From the NCBI GenBank assembly GCA_019347715.1, contig JAHWKU010000007.1, positions 8,349-72,348 of the forward strand: a DNA stretch of 64,000 nt. Reading direction: 5' to 3'. Every line of letters begins with the position of its first letter. The first letter of the stretch is position 1. The translations under genes and the position numbers were made by a program. Origin of the DNA: Actinomycetota bacterium (lineage in GTDB: Bacteria > Actinomycetota > CADDZG01 > JAHWKV01). Of the stretch, positions 44,496 through 54,409 are shown in pieces. A model generated the notes under the pieces. The model saw nothing but the letters and a program-made list of their open reading frames with translations. It did no database searches and had not been told where the DNA came from.

Positions 44496-46331
44496 GTGGC
44501 GACCGACGTAGAGCAAAAGACCTCAGAAGCGCTCAAGGAAGACCCCAAGAAAAAACGGCTTTGGCGCAACGTGATCGACGCCGTCAAGCTCGCATGGGCA
44601 GCCTCTCCCAAGTCGTTCCTAGCAATCGCCGCATTCACGATCGTAGCCGCGGTGATACCTCCGATAGTCGTCGAGCTCGGTAGGCGGTTGGTCGATCTTG
44701 TCGCCTCGAGCCGCGAAGTGAGCATCGACCGGTCGGTCCTGCTGTGGACGGTGGCCGGTCTCGGAGCCGCAGCTGCCGGCCAGCGTGTTTTAAACAATCT
44801 TCAGAGCAATCGCCAGACGGTCTTTGCAGAAAGAGTTGGCCTTCATGCTCAAGCCCGATATCTGGAAGTTGTGTCTCATGCGGATGCAGGCTACTTCGAC
44901 GATCCCAAGTGGCATGACCGGGTGCAGCGCGCATCGCGCGACGTGAACTTTCGGCCATCGAACCTGACCAGGTCCTTGATAAGCCTCGTAGGGTCCGCAG
45001 TGACGGTACTGGGAATGTTTGCCGTGCTATTACGTGTTCATTACCTGCTGGTTGGGATGGCACTGATCGCCGTGCTTATTCCGATACCGGTGCAAAGAGG
45101 TCTCGTAAAGAAGAGATACAGCTTCTACTTCGAGCAAACCCCCACCGAGAGGGAGATGTACTACCTCAGATGGGTTCTGACCGACTCGAGGATGGCCAAA
45201 GATTTGAGAGCCTTCCTCCTTGAAGACTGCGTTCTGGCGCGCCACCGGAAGACAGCACTCGACCGGCATGAACGACTGAGCAGTCTTTATCGCAGAGCTA
45301 ACCAGATGTCCGTGGTGGTTGGTCTATTCAGTGGAGCGGCCCTAGCTTTGGCCTATTGGTTTGTGGCATCGAGAGGTGTCGCCGGAGAGGTGACACCAGG
45401 ACAGGTAACCGCAGTAATGGGAGCGCTTACCAGTGTCACATCTCAAGTCTCCTCGATCATCGCTTCTCTGATCGCCATTGAGGAACACGCCACTTTTCTG
45501 GACGACTATTTCACTTTCTTGGAGCTTCCCCGCTTGATCGAAGCCGGCGACCCGAAGCAATCGTTGCCCAAGGAGCTGGACGACGGGATCCGATTCGAAG
45601 GGGTCCATTTCAGTTATCCAGGAGTCGATCAGCCGGCGCTTGGAGGGATCGACCTGCACATAAAGAAGGGCGAATTGGTTGCCCTAGTCGGGGAGAATGG
45701 GGCAGGCAAGACCTCAATGGTGAAGCTCCTTTTGCGCTTTTACGATCCTACGTCGGGCCGTATCACGATCGGCGGTGTGGACCTGAGGAACGCGACTCCG
45801 CAAGACATTCGGGACAGGATTGGGGTGCTTTTCCAGGATGCGTATGGTTACGTTCTTTCGGCCAGAGAAAACGTGACGCTTGGGAGAGTCGAGAAAAGTG
45901 CGAGCGATGAAGAAATATGGGACGTCCTTCGCCGAGCTCGGGCCGACGGCATCGTCAAGGAGCTAAAGCAAGGACTGGATTCAAACGTCGGGCGATTCTT
46001 TGAGGGCGGCAAGGATCTCTCCGGAGGTGAGTGGCAGCGCATGGCTCTTGCTCGCCTCATGTTCCGGGACGCCGACATCTGGATTCTCGATGAACCCACT
46101 TCGTCTCTCGACCCAGAGGCAGAAGCAGGGATCTTCGCCGAGCTGAAGGAGAACCTCCGCGGTCGCATGGGTATCGTGATCTCCCACCGGTTCTCAACGG
46201 TCAGGATCGCCGACCGTATCGCCGTGGTAGAAGACGGAAGGATCACAGAGCTGGGAACCCACGAGGAGCTTATGAAGTTGGGAAAGCGATACGCTCACCT
46301 ATTCGAACTTCAAGCTGAGGCTTATAGGTAA
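44496..46331 (+). CDS. ABC transporter, fused permease–ATPase (exporter type, MsbA-like)
   Basis: Six-TM domain followed by Walker A GENGAGKTS, signature LSGGEWQR, Walker B ILDEPTSSLD. A GGAG-N5-GTG at 44496 is preferred over the TTG at 44457. Confidence 0.88.
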   Translation: MATDVEQKTSEALKEDPKKKRLWRNVIDAVKLAWAASPKSFLAIAAFTIVAAVIPPIVVELGRRLVDLVASSREVSIDRSVLLWTVAGLGAAAAGQRVLNNLQSNRQTVFAERVGLHAQARYLEVVSHADAGYFDDPKWHDRVQRASRDVNFRPSNLTRSLISLVGSAVTVLGMFAVLLRVHYLLVGMALIAVLIPIPVQRGLVKKRYSFYFEQTPTEREMYYLRWVLTDSRMAKDLRAFLLEDCVLARHRKTALDRHERLSSLYRRANQMSVVVGLFSGAALALAYWFVASRGVAGEVTPGQVTAVMGALTSVTSQVSSIIASLIAIEEHATFLDDYFTFLELPRLIEAGDPKQSLPKELDDGIRFEGVHFSYPGVDQPALGGIDLHIKKGELVALVGENGAGKTSMVKLLLRFYDPTSGRITIGGVDLRNATPQDIRDRIGVLFQDAYGYVLSARENVTLGRVEKSASDEEIWDVLRRARADGIVKELKQGLDSNVGRFFEGGKDLSGGEWQRMALARLMFRDADIWILDEPTSSLDPEAEAGIFAELKENLRGRMGIVISHRFSTVRIADRIAVVEDGRITELGTHEELMKLGKRYAHLFELQAEAYR

Positions 46332-46337
46332 AGGCCA

Positions 46338-47507
46338 TTGAACTGGGTCGATCTCATCATCATCGTTGCCGCCATCAGCTCTGCCATAAACGGGTTCTAT
46401 CGAGGCGGGGCGCGCCAGCTGATGTCGTATGGGGGCTTCTGGCTCGGCCTCTTTCTGGGAGCCGCCCTGGCCCCCTCGGTCGCCGGGGCCTTCTCGGGGT
46501 TCTTGGCACGCATCGTCGTGACCCTGGTAGTGATCTTCGGCTCTGCATCGCTCCTGTCGACCGTTGGGACCATTGCCGGGACTCGAATTTGGGGGAACCT
46601 CAGGCGGATGAGACTTGGCGGCGTGGACGCCGCCGTGGGATCAGGAGTCTCGGTGGTGGCCGTCCTGCTCGCAGCATGGTTCCTGGGTCACATGTTCAGC
46701 CGGGTGCCCATCGGTCCGATCAGCTCCTCGATCCACCAATCCAAGGTCATTCAAACCACCAGCAAGGTACTTCCCCCGGCTCCATCGGTGATCGCGGAGG
46801 CCCGCCAGCTCTTTGCCTCGGCCGGCTTCCCAGATGTATTCGCGGAGCTCGAGCCTGCTCCGGCGGAAGATGCGCCACTGCCGGGAAACCCCCAGGTTCA
46901 AGCGGCAGTAGCGGCGGCTCGTAGCTCGACGGTCAGGATCGTCGGCTCCGGGTGCGGTGGTGTCCAGACAGGATCGGGATTTGTGGCAGCCCCCGGCCTG
47001 ATCGTAACGAACGCTCACGTCGTAGCAGGAATCGACGAGCCTTTTGTTGAAGACGCAAACGGACGACACGCCTCAACTCCCGTGCACTTCGATCCCAACA
47101 TGGACATCGCCATCCTTCGTACAAGCGGTCTCGCAGGTGACGCATTGCCGATGAGAGGCGCAACTGTGGACAGGGGTCACAGCGGAGCCGCGCTGGGCTA
47201 TCCGGGAGGGGGCAGCTTCACGGCATCGGCGGCCGTCGTGCTTTCTGCATTCGAAGCAGTTGGACGCGACATCTACGGAAGAGACTTGAGTGAACGTCCC
47301 GTATATCAAATGAGGGCAGAGATCCACCCAGGCAACTCTGGCGGTCCGTTCGTCGATGCCCAGGGACAGGTGACCGGAGTGATGTTCTCCGCGTCTGCGA
47401 GAAGAAGCGATGTCTCCTACGCCATTCAGTCTCCAGAAGTCGCAAGCATGGTTCGGGAGCACTCCGGCAACCGGCAGCGAACCGACACTGGACCGTGCAC
47501 TCGCTGA
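46338..47507 (+). CDS. CvpA-family membrane domain fused to a trypsin-like serine protease (MarP-like)
   Basis: N-terminal four-TM CvpA region (MNWVDLIIIVAAISSAINGFYRG…) then an S1 protease with His (TNAHVV), Asp (DIAIL) and Ser (GNSGGP) triad motifs. Confidence 0.8.
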   Translation: MNWVDLIIIVAAISSAINGFYRGGARQLMSYGGFWLGLFLGAALAPSVAGAFSGFLARIVVTLVVIFGSASLLSTVGTIAGTRIWGNLRRMRLGGVDAAVGSGVSVVAVLLAAWFLGHMFSRVPIGPISSSIHQSKVIQTTSKVLPPAPSVIAEARQLFASAGFPDVFAELEPAPAEDAPLPGNPQVQAAVAAARSSTVRIVGSGCGGVQTGSGFVAAPGLIVTNAHVVAGIDEPFVEDANGRHASTPVHFDPNMDIAILRTSGLAGDALPMRGATVDRGHSGAALGYPGGGSFTASAAVVLSAFEAVGRDIYGRDLSERPVYQMRAEIHPGNSGGPFVDAQGQVTGVMFSASARRSDVSYAIQSPEVASMVREHSGNRQRTDTGPCTR

Positions 47508-47511
47508 CAAG

Positions 47512-49803
47512 GTGAGGTCTGCCGAGGAATACGAGGCCCTCCTTCACAAGATTTCCTCCGAATTGGAAAGCGATGGCCTGTTGTCGGTTGCGAGAGTAGC
47601 CGCCCGCAAAGCGGTGACCGCCAGGCTGGACCCGCCTCTGGCCGCCCCCCTCCGCAAGAGACTCGCGGCCATGAAACTCAGAAGCTTGTGGTCGCATCAG
47701 ATCGAAGCGATTGAGGCTCTGCGCAACCGTCAGAACACCATCATCGCGACCGGTACCGCCAGCGGAAAGAGTCTCGCGTTCAATCTACCGGTGATGGAAA
47801 GCGTACTGGCCGATCCGAAGTCGAGAGCGCTCTACCTATACCCCACCAAGGCCCTTGCCCAGGATCAGCTGAGGGCCCTTCGAGGCTTCGCGCTTCCGCA
47901 GATACGGGCGGCCACTTATGACGGGGACACCCCTACCGACGAGCGCACGTCCGTCAGGAAGTTCGCCAACATCGTGCTGTCGAACCCAGACATGCTTCAT
48001 TTCGGGATTCTGCCGAGACATACCCAGTGGGCGGAACTCTTTGCGAACCTCACTTACGTTGTGGTCGATGAGGCTCACGTTCTGAGAGGCATCTTCGGCT
48101 CGCATGTTGGATGCATCCTCAGGAGACTCAAGCGGATAGCAAGACACTACGGCGCCAGCCCTACTTTCGTCATGGCATCCGCGACCATCGCCAACCCACG
48201 GGCCCTCGCGGAGAGACTCATTGGAGAGCCATTTGTAGAAGTCACCGACGACGGCGCCCCGCGCGGAGAGAAGATTGTTGCGTTTTGGAATCCACCCTTG
48301 GTTGACGAGAAAGAGGGAGCGCGGGGTTCGTCCAACTGGGAGGCCGCCCGTCTCATGAGCGCGTTCGTGGACGAAGACATCAGAACCATCGCTTTCGCCC
48401 GATCTCGCAAGTCCGCCGAACTGGTAGCCAGGTACGCGAAGGATCTGGTGAAGAATGATGACAATGCTGCCCTCATTCGTCCGTATCGGGCGGGCTACCT
48501 TGCGTCGGAGCGAAGAGAGATCGAACAGGAACTTTTCACCGGCAAGCTCAAGGGTGTATCCGCAACCACGGCTCTCGAACTGGGGATAGATGTTGGAGGG
48601 CTGGACGCAATCGTCTTGAACGGTTTCCCCGGGACGGTGTCTGCCTTCCGCCAGCAGGCCGGTCGCTCGGGGCGGGCCGCCGAGGACTCGGTGGCGGTGC
48701 TGATCGGCCAGGACGACCCTCTGGACCAGTACTACCTGTCACATCCAGACATCTTGCTCTCGAAGCCATTCGAGACGGCACTGGTTGACACGACCAACCC
48801 GAACATCCTGAGGCCTCACCTTGGCTGCGCCGCATTTGAACTGCCCATCGGTGCAGACGAGATAGAGGAGACCTTTGGTGAAGGCGCGGCCCCCGTGGCG
48901 CAAGCCATGCTCGATGACAGTGAACTGGGGGTCAGAAAAGCTCGAGGGACGCGAACCGAGAGGCTCCACTGGAAGAAGCAACAGCCCCCGGGAACGAATC
49001 TCGACATCCGGTCGCTTGGGTCAGGGTCGTTTTCCATCGTGGAGGAACAAACGGGCGCACTTCTCGGGACCGTCGATTCCGCAAGGGCATTTCACCAAGT
49101 TCACCCCGGCGCGATCTACCTCCACCAGGGCGACAACTACGAGGTCTCGGTATTGGACCTCGGAAGCCGGGTCGCTCTCGTAGTGCCGAGCAAAGCCGAC
49201 CACTTCACTCAGGCCAGAGAGACCTCCGATATCAAGGTCATCGAGGTCCTGAATGAAAAATCGGTCGGCGAGGCGATCTTCTACCTCGGAAGAGTGATCG
49301 TGACCGAACAGGTGGTGGCTTTCGTCCGTCGCAGCATAGCCACGGGAGAGACCATCGAGATCGTTGATCTGGATCTTCCGCCCCAGACTCTAGTCACAGT
49401 GGCGTTCTGGTACACCGCCGGACCTGAGCTGGTGACGAGAGCGGGAATAGCGGAGAAGGATCTTCCCGGCTCACTGCACGCGGCAGAACACGCGGGCATT
49501 GGGATCCTGCCGGCCTTCGCGATGGCCGACCGCTGGGACATAGGAGGAGTCAGTACGGCCCTTTCCGCCGATACCGGTCTGCCAACCGTCTTCATATACG
49601 ACGGCTATCCCGGAGGCGTCGGCATCGCGGAGAGAGGTTTCGAGAAAGCCGCAGAGCATCTCACCGCAACACTCGAGGCCGTGCGATTTTGCCCGTGTGA
49701 ATCCGGATGCCCGTCGTGCGTTCAGTCGCCGAAGTGCGGCAACGGCAATGATCCTCTCGACAAAAGCGGCGCCATCGCCCTGATGACGGCAATCCTAAGC
49801 TGA
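47512..49803 (+). CDS. DEXH-box helicase with C-terminal DUF1998 Zn-binding domain (MrfA/YprA-like)
   Basis: Motif I ATGTASGKS, motif II VVDEAH, HELICc region, C-terminal CPCESGCPSCVQSPKCGNGN. The start is uncertain because the track ORF overlaps marP, and the GTG at 47512 is one possibility. Confidence 0.85.
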   Translation: MRSAEEYEALLHKISSELESDGLLSVARVAARKAVTARLDPPLAAPLRKRLAAMKLRSLWSHQIEAIEALRNRQNTIIATGTASGKSLAFNLPVMESVLADPKSRALYLYPTKALAQDQLRALRGFALPQIRAATYDGDTPTDERTSVRKFANIVLSNPDMLHFGILPRHTQWAELFANLTYVVVDEAHVLRGIFGSHVGCILRRLKRIARHYGASPTFVMASATIANPRALAERLIGEPFVEVTDDGAPRGEKIVAFWNPPLVDEKEGARGSSNWEAARLMSAFVDEDIRTIAFARSRKSAELVARYAKDLVKNDDNAALIRPYRAGYLASERREIEQELFTGKLKGVSATTALELGIDVGGLDAIVLNGFPGTVSAFRQQAGRSGRAAEDSVAVLIGQDDPLDQYYLSHPDILLSKPFETALVDTTNPNILRPHLGCAAFELPIGADEIEETFGEGAAPVAQAMLDDSELGVRKARGTRTERLHWKKQQPPGTNLDIRSLGSGSFSIVEEQTGALLGTVDSARAFHQVHPGAIYLHQGDNYEVSVLDLGSRVALVVPSKADHFTQARETSDIKVIEVLNEKSVGEAIFYLGRVIVTEQVVAFVRRSIATGETIEIVDLDLPPQTLVTVAFWYTAGPELVTRAGIAEKDLPGSLHAAEHAGIGILPAFAMADRWDIGGVSTALSADTGLPTVFIYDGYPGGVGIAERGFEKAAEHLTATLEAVRFCPCESGCPSCVQSPKCGNGNDPLDKSGAIALMTAILS

Positions 49804-49806
49804 GGT

Positions 49807-51636
49807 TTAGGCGTCTATCGGGTGTTCGGGCAGGATCACGCGCTCCGTGGGTACCGGCGACGCAATCGGAAGACTGAACCTGAATGAGGTTCCTTTACCG
49901 ACTTCTGTGTCGATCGACAGCTCTGCGCCATGCAGGGCCAGGATCTCTTTAGTCAGAGCCAGCCCCAGACCAACACCTCGTGTCGATCTCGTATTCTCAT
50001 CGCCCCCTCGGAAGAACCGTTCTCCTAGGTGCCTGAGTTCGGCCGGAGGTATCCCGGGCCCGTCGTCTGCGACCGCCACTACTGCGCGGCCGGAAGCTTC
50101 GTGCACCGTTACCCAGATCCGGCTGCCATTTGTGGTGTGTTTCGTGGCATTGGTTAGCAGATTCTCGACAACACGCTGAATGAGGATTGGATCGGCATGA
50201 ACGAACAAGCTTCCTGGGATCGCAACCGAAAGACTGTGGTCGCCGAAGAGATCTCCCAGCCTTGCGGTCGCGCCGGTAACCAGCTCGCTCAGGTCGAACT
50301 GCTCTTCTCTTATCTGCAGCTTTCCGGCCTCCAGCCGCGAGAAGTCGAGGAGGCTGGTGATGATGTCGTTCAACGTTGAAGCGTTGGCGCCAACTCGTTC
50401 GAGAAGATGAATCCGTGACTCTTCGTCGAGAGCATTCCACCTCTCGAGAACCGTTACGGTCATTCCGTGGATCGAGGTAAGAGGAGTCCTGAGCTCGTGT
50501 GAAACGTTGGAAAGGAAGTCGCTCTTCAGCCGATCCAGCTCTGCCAGCCTGTGCACGGCCTCACGCTCGGACTCGTATGCGCTTGCGTTTTCCAGGGCTC
50601 TTCCGACCTGCGCCGCCAGCAGTTCGAATGCCTCAACCTGCTCCGGCGTGACATTTACTTCAAACCTCGAGCCGCCCACAAGTGCCCCTCCGAGTACGTC
50701 GCCGGTCCAGACCGGGGCGGCAACTACCGACCTATAACCGTCGTCCCTGAGAATCGGCACCGCTTGAGGCAGCGAGGCATAGTCCTCTACTACTACCGTT
50801 TTCTTTGCCTCCATCACCAGCCCTGGCATGCCGAGATCCCATGGGTGCTCCATTTCGCAATATTCAGCCGGCAGCCCCGTGCTCTCCACTACCTTGAATG
50901 TCTGGCGGTCCCTGTCGAAGAGCACCACGTTGCTTGTCTCGAAACCGATCCGATTGACCGCTTCGATCACAGATTTCAGAACGCTCGACTGGTCGAGCGT
51001 GCTCATCGACCGGATGGCCGATGCAACGATGGCCAGAAGTCTGGCCCTCTCCTCCGACTCTGCCCGGGCAGCCCCATGAGCATTTATCTGCCGGGAGAGT
51101 TCCAGCGAAAGAGTGGTGGAAAGAAATGCCGCGGTCCCCATGATCGCCATCCTCAAAAAGATCATGTCCGCGGCCAGGACCCACGGCATGTACCACAGGA
51201 TCCCAAGATAGGAAGCAAAGGTGAGTGCCAGCAGCGCCGCCTGCGCTTTGATCGGATAGCACGCTACCCCGAAGAAGACAGTCGTCAGGGCATAGATAAA
51301 GAACATGTCCGCATGCCTGGCTCCCTGAAGTGCTACCAGTCCCGTAATGAGAAGGATGTCGAAAGCAGACCACGCGTACATGACCCACAGCCCATAGCCA
51401 GACTCGAAGAGGCGCTTCCAGGGCAGCAGGGCGATGAAAGTCACTCCCACACCCGCCGCGACGAGAAGCCCGACATATGGGCCCGGATGGGTTGGTCCCC
51501 CTCCCGGCAAGAACGGGAACACCAGCATCGAGGCCACTATCAGGTAGGTCGCGGCCACCGCTATTTTTACCGCCCGCAGCCTGAACGGAATCAGGACATC
51601 CTCTTTGGCCCGCGCGTCTTCCGTCGCCCTTTTCAC
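49807..51636 (-). CDS. Sensor histidine kinase with multi-TM N-terminus and GAF domain (no adjacent response regulator)
   Basis: Six hydrophobic helices, a GAF-like region, an H-box SHELRTPLTSI, and HATPase N/G boxes (…ADDGPGIPP…GVGLGLAL…). Confidence 0.85.
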   Translation of the reverse strand: MKRATEDARAKEDVLIPFRLRAVKIAVAATYLIVASMLVFPFLPGGGPTHPGPYVGLLVAAGVGVTFIALLPWKRLFESGYGLWVMYAWSAFDILLITGLVALQGARHADMFFIYALTTVFFGVACYPIKAQAALLALTFASYLGILWYMPWVLAADMIFLRMAIMGTAAFLSTTLSLELSRQINAHGAARAESEERARLLAIVASAIRSMSTLDQSSVLKSVIEAVNRIGFETSNVVLFDRDRQTFKVVESTGLPAEYCEMEHPWDLGMPGLVMEAKKTVVVEDYASLPQAVPILRDDGYRSVVAAPVWTGDVLGGALVGGSRFEVNVTPEQVEAFELLAAQVGRALENASAYESEREAVHRLAELDRLKSDFLSNVSHELRTPLTSIHGMTVTVLERWNALDEESRIHLLERVGANASTLNDIITSLLDFSRLEAGKLQIREEQFDLSELVTGATARLGDLFGDHSLSVAIPGSLFVHADPILIQRVVENLLTNATKHTTNGSRIWVTVHEASGRAVVAVADDGPGIPPAELRHLGERFFRGGDENTRSTRGVGLGLALTKEILALHGAELSIDTEVGKGTSFRFSLPIASPVPTERVILPEHPIDA

Positions 51637-51710
51637 TATTCATGTCTTCGGGACGGGAGCCCACTCAGACAATGGGCATTTCGGACTATTTTGAGGCTAG
51701 TCCGGGGCGC

Positions 51711-52019
51711 TCAGAAGAAACCGAGGGCGCTCTTGGCGAAATCGGTCATCTTGTCCGGTCCCCATGGTGGATTCCAGACGAGCTCCGTGGTGACGGCGTT
51801 CACCCCTTCCATAGGACCGAGGGCGTCCCTTATGTCTCCTTCGATGACCGGGCCTAGGGGACAGCCCATGGAGGTGAGGGTGTGGATGACGTGGACCTCT
51901 CCGTCCTCGGTGACAGAAACGTCGTAGACCAGGCCGAGATCCACGATGTTGATGCCGATCTCGGGATCGTTTACGACCTTGAGGGCGTCTTTGACCTGCT
52001 CTGCACTCGGAGCGCTCAT
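51711..52019 (-). CDS. DUF59/MIP18-family Fe-S assembly protein (SufT-like)
   Basis: …VNDPEIGINIVDLGLVYDV…TLTSMGCPLGPVI… is the conserved DUF59 core. Confidence 0.8.
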   Translation of the reverse strand: MSAPSAEQVKDALKVVNDPEIGINIVDLGLVYDVSVTEDGEVHVIHTLTSMGCPLGPVIEGDIRDALGPMEGVNAVTTELVWNPPWGPDKMTDFAKSALGFF

Positions 52020-52023
52020 GAAG

Positions 52024-52863
52024 TCAGTTTAGTCCGAGCAGAGCACCTGCGTTTTCTTTCAGGATCTTGGCCTCTGCATCACCCAGCTCGAGTTGTTCGA
52101 TCTCCTCCAGGCACCTGGAAGGAGAAATGAACGGATAGTCACTACCCCAAAGAAACCGGCCGGCCAGTCTTCCTTTCATCTCTCGAACCACCTCGGCGGG
52201 GATGTATCTAGGAGCCCAACCGGATATATCCAAATAGAGATTGGATTTGTGAAGGGCCATCGCCATGGCCTCGATATGCCAAGGCCACCCGAAGTGCGCC
52301 ATCACTATCTTCATGTTCGGAAATTTCGCCGCTACCGGATCCAGAAGGATCGGCCGTGACAGGTCGATTCTGATCCCCTGGCCGCCGGGCGCTCCCGCGC
52401 CGATACCAGAAGTCCCGGTGTGAAAGATGCAGGGGATGGCAAGCTCTTCGCATTTCTCCCACAGGGAGAAGAACCGGTCGTCGGAAGGATCGAAGTTCTG
52501 AAGAGAAGGGTGGAACTTGGCTCCGTGCATCCCGAGTTCCGAGATCGCCGTCTCGAGATCTGCCGCAGCGGACTTCTTGTGAGGGTCGACGCTGGCGAAA
52601 CCGATGAACCGTCCCGGAAACTTCTCCTCGATCGCCGCTACATCCTCGTTGGCGACGGGCGGCATTCGGGTGAACGTCTCAGCGTCCCAGGCCAGCAGAA
52701 CCCCAATGAGATCGAGCCGTTCGTATTCCGCAGCAAGCTCATCGACGGTGATGATGTCAACCTTGCGATGAAAATAGTTTTCGGCGGTCTTCAGGTACGG
52801 GCCGATAGAACCCTCCAGCCACTCGATGGTGGGAAGGTGCACGTGGAAATCAATCGCTCTCAA
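52024..52863 (-). CDS. Amidohydrolase-2 family TIM-barrel metal-dependent hydrolase
   Basis: N-terminal IDFHVHL metal-binding motif and C-terminal …HFGWPW…/…GSDYPF… motifs. Confidence 0.75.
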   Translation of the reverse strand: MRAIDFHVHLPTIEWLEGSIGPYLKTAENYFHRKVDIITVDELAAEYERLDLIGVLLAWDAETFTRMPPVANEDVAAIEEKFPGRFIGFASVDPHKKSAAADLETAISELGMHGAKFHPSLQNFDPSDDRFFSLWEKCEELAIPCIFHTGTSGIGAGAPGGQGIRIDLSRPILLDPVAAKFPNMKIVMAHFGWPWHIEAMAMALHKSNLYLDISGWAPRYIPAEVVREMKGRLAGRFLWGSDYPFISPSRCLEEIEQLELGDAEAKILKENAGALLGLN

Positions 52864-53065
52864 CTGTGTAAAGCCTCCGGCGCAGGTTGCCAGTCATGAT
52901 GGCATACCCCTCGAGGCGAAATGTCCGATAGTTCCGGGTGAGCAAAAAAATTGGAGCGAGCGCGTGTGATTCGCCGTTCCGTCTCGTTAGTTAGGAGGAC
53001 GGGGCCCATCCGTCTGGCCATCGCGGCTATGAACAATCCGGCTAATGGGACAAAGGAGACAGGGG

Positions 53066-54403
53066 ATGAAGAAGGGATTGATTGCCATACTGGTATTGCT
53101 AGTGCTCGGTTCGGCCATGGTGCCGGCGTGGGCACAGAGCATTCAGGTCTCTTTCCAGGGAACCTCCAGCGCGAGAGCCCTGGATCTCTCAATCCCAGCT
53201 CTGAGACAGCTTGGCCTGCAGGATCAGTTCAAAGGACTGACCGTTGGACTCACGAGCGCTGACTTCAGCATCTCCTCGAGTAATAAGGCCGTGAGTGGCT
53301 TTGCCGCAGGAAAGTGCGAGTTCATCGCCTCCCAGCCGGACCCGGGGGCCCTTCCCTGCGATCAGTCCACCGTTGAAACCTCCTCGGTTTCTTCTCCCGG
53401 AGGCAACGGAGCGTGTGTCGACAACTCGTCGATCGCGGTGGTCAACCTCGCCACCGCATGCGGAAAGTCGGCCTCGAGCCTGACTTCTGCAGGACTTCCC
53501 TCCAGTCTCAACGAAGCCGGTGTCGCCAGTGCCCGTGTCTCCGCCAACCTGGCCGACCTCGGCTTGGGAGCGGCGCTAGGTGTAGAAGCCACCAAGGACC
53601 AGCTTCTCACCGCGGTCCAAGGCCTGACCAACGACGTTCTCACCAAGGCCAGCTCGGCCCCAGTTGCAGGCGAGAAGGTCGCCGCCCTGAGAGACGCCAC
53701 CAATGAGTTCCTGGCCAACGTGGCGGACGGCAACCAGTTTGCAGTGCTGAAGGTCGGAGCGTCGACCACAAACGTCATTCCCGACGGATCCAACACAAAC
53801 GTAGTTTCCGAAGCCGCAGGAGCCAAGATTGGCCTCCTTGGCCTGACGAACGCTCTCGAGGATGGCCTGGTTATCGTCGAGATCTCTTCCGGCAAAGCCA
53901 TGGCGAGCTTCGACGGTACCAGCGGCCTCGCTCAGGCCAGCGCCGTTGGTCCGGTAGCTACGGTCAAAGTCAGGGATCTGATCAATCTCGACAACAACGC
54001 AGCCACGCAGTACCTGGAAGTGATCATCCAGCCAGAGATGCTGAACTCTCTTCTGGCTCCACTTTCCTCAGCTCCGCTGTTGGAGACCACGGTCGAAGCC
54101 GGTTCCCACACCCAGGGCGTCCAAACCGGTAAGAGTGTTTCGGCCTTCGCCAGCGGCGTGACGATCCACGCGCTCAAGGGACTCGGTGAGAGCGAGGCTG
54201 GAAAGAAGGATGGTGGCATCCTGCTGCGAATCGCGGCGGCCGACGTGAGGCTCGCGGGTGACATCGCCACTACTGAACCCCCGTGCTGCGCACTGGCCAC
54301 CACCGGCGGCCCCGTTTACGGATACCTGGCGGGAGCGGCACTCATGGCGCTTCTCGCCCTGGCGCTTCTCGTCTACGTGAGGAAACTGCGCACCACAGTC
54401 TGA
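53066..54403 (+). CDS. Sortase-E substrate: secreted Ala/Ser/Gly-rich surface protein with a C-terminal LAxTG sorting signal
   Basis: Signal peptide MKKGLIAILVLLVLGSAMVPAWA. C-terminus …CCALATTGG + hydrophobic helix + RKLR matches the LAxTG + TM + basic-tail sorting signal. GGAGACAGGGG lies upstream of the ATG. Confidence 0.7.
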   Translation: MKKGLIAILVLLVLGSAMVPAWAQSIQVSFQGTSSARALDLSIPALRQLGLQDQFKGLTVGLTSADFSISSSNKAVSGFAAGKCEFIASQPDPGALPCDQSTVETSSVSSPGGNGACVDNSSIAVVNLATACGKSASSLTSAGLPSSLNEAGVASARVSANLADLGLGAALGVEATKDQLLTAVQGLTNDVLTKASSAPVAGEKVAALRDATNEFLANVADGNQFAVLKVGASTTNVIPDGSNTNVVSEAAGAKIGLLGLTNALEDGLVIVEISSGKAMASFDGTSGLAQASAVGPVATVKVRDLINLDNNAATQYLEVIIQPEMLNSLLAPLSSAPLLETTVEAGSHTQGVQTGKSVSAFASGVTIHALKGLGESEAGKKDGGILLRIAAADVRLAGDIATTEPPCCALATTGGPVYGYLAGAALMALLALALLVYVRKLRTTV

Positions 54404-54409
54404 GCAACT

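Noticed and set aside
44091-44516. Full 141-aa version of the small ORF upstream of dnaE2
   Set aside because: The extra 53 N-terminal codons would place both LexA-like boxes inside the coding sequence. An SD-TTG at 44357 gives a more plausible 88-aa product.
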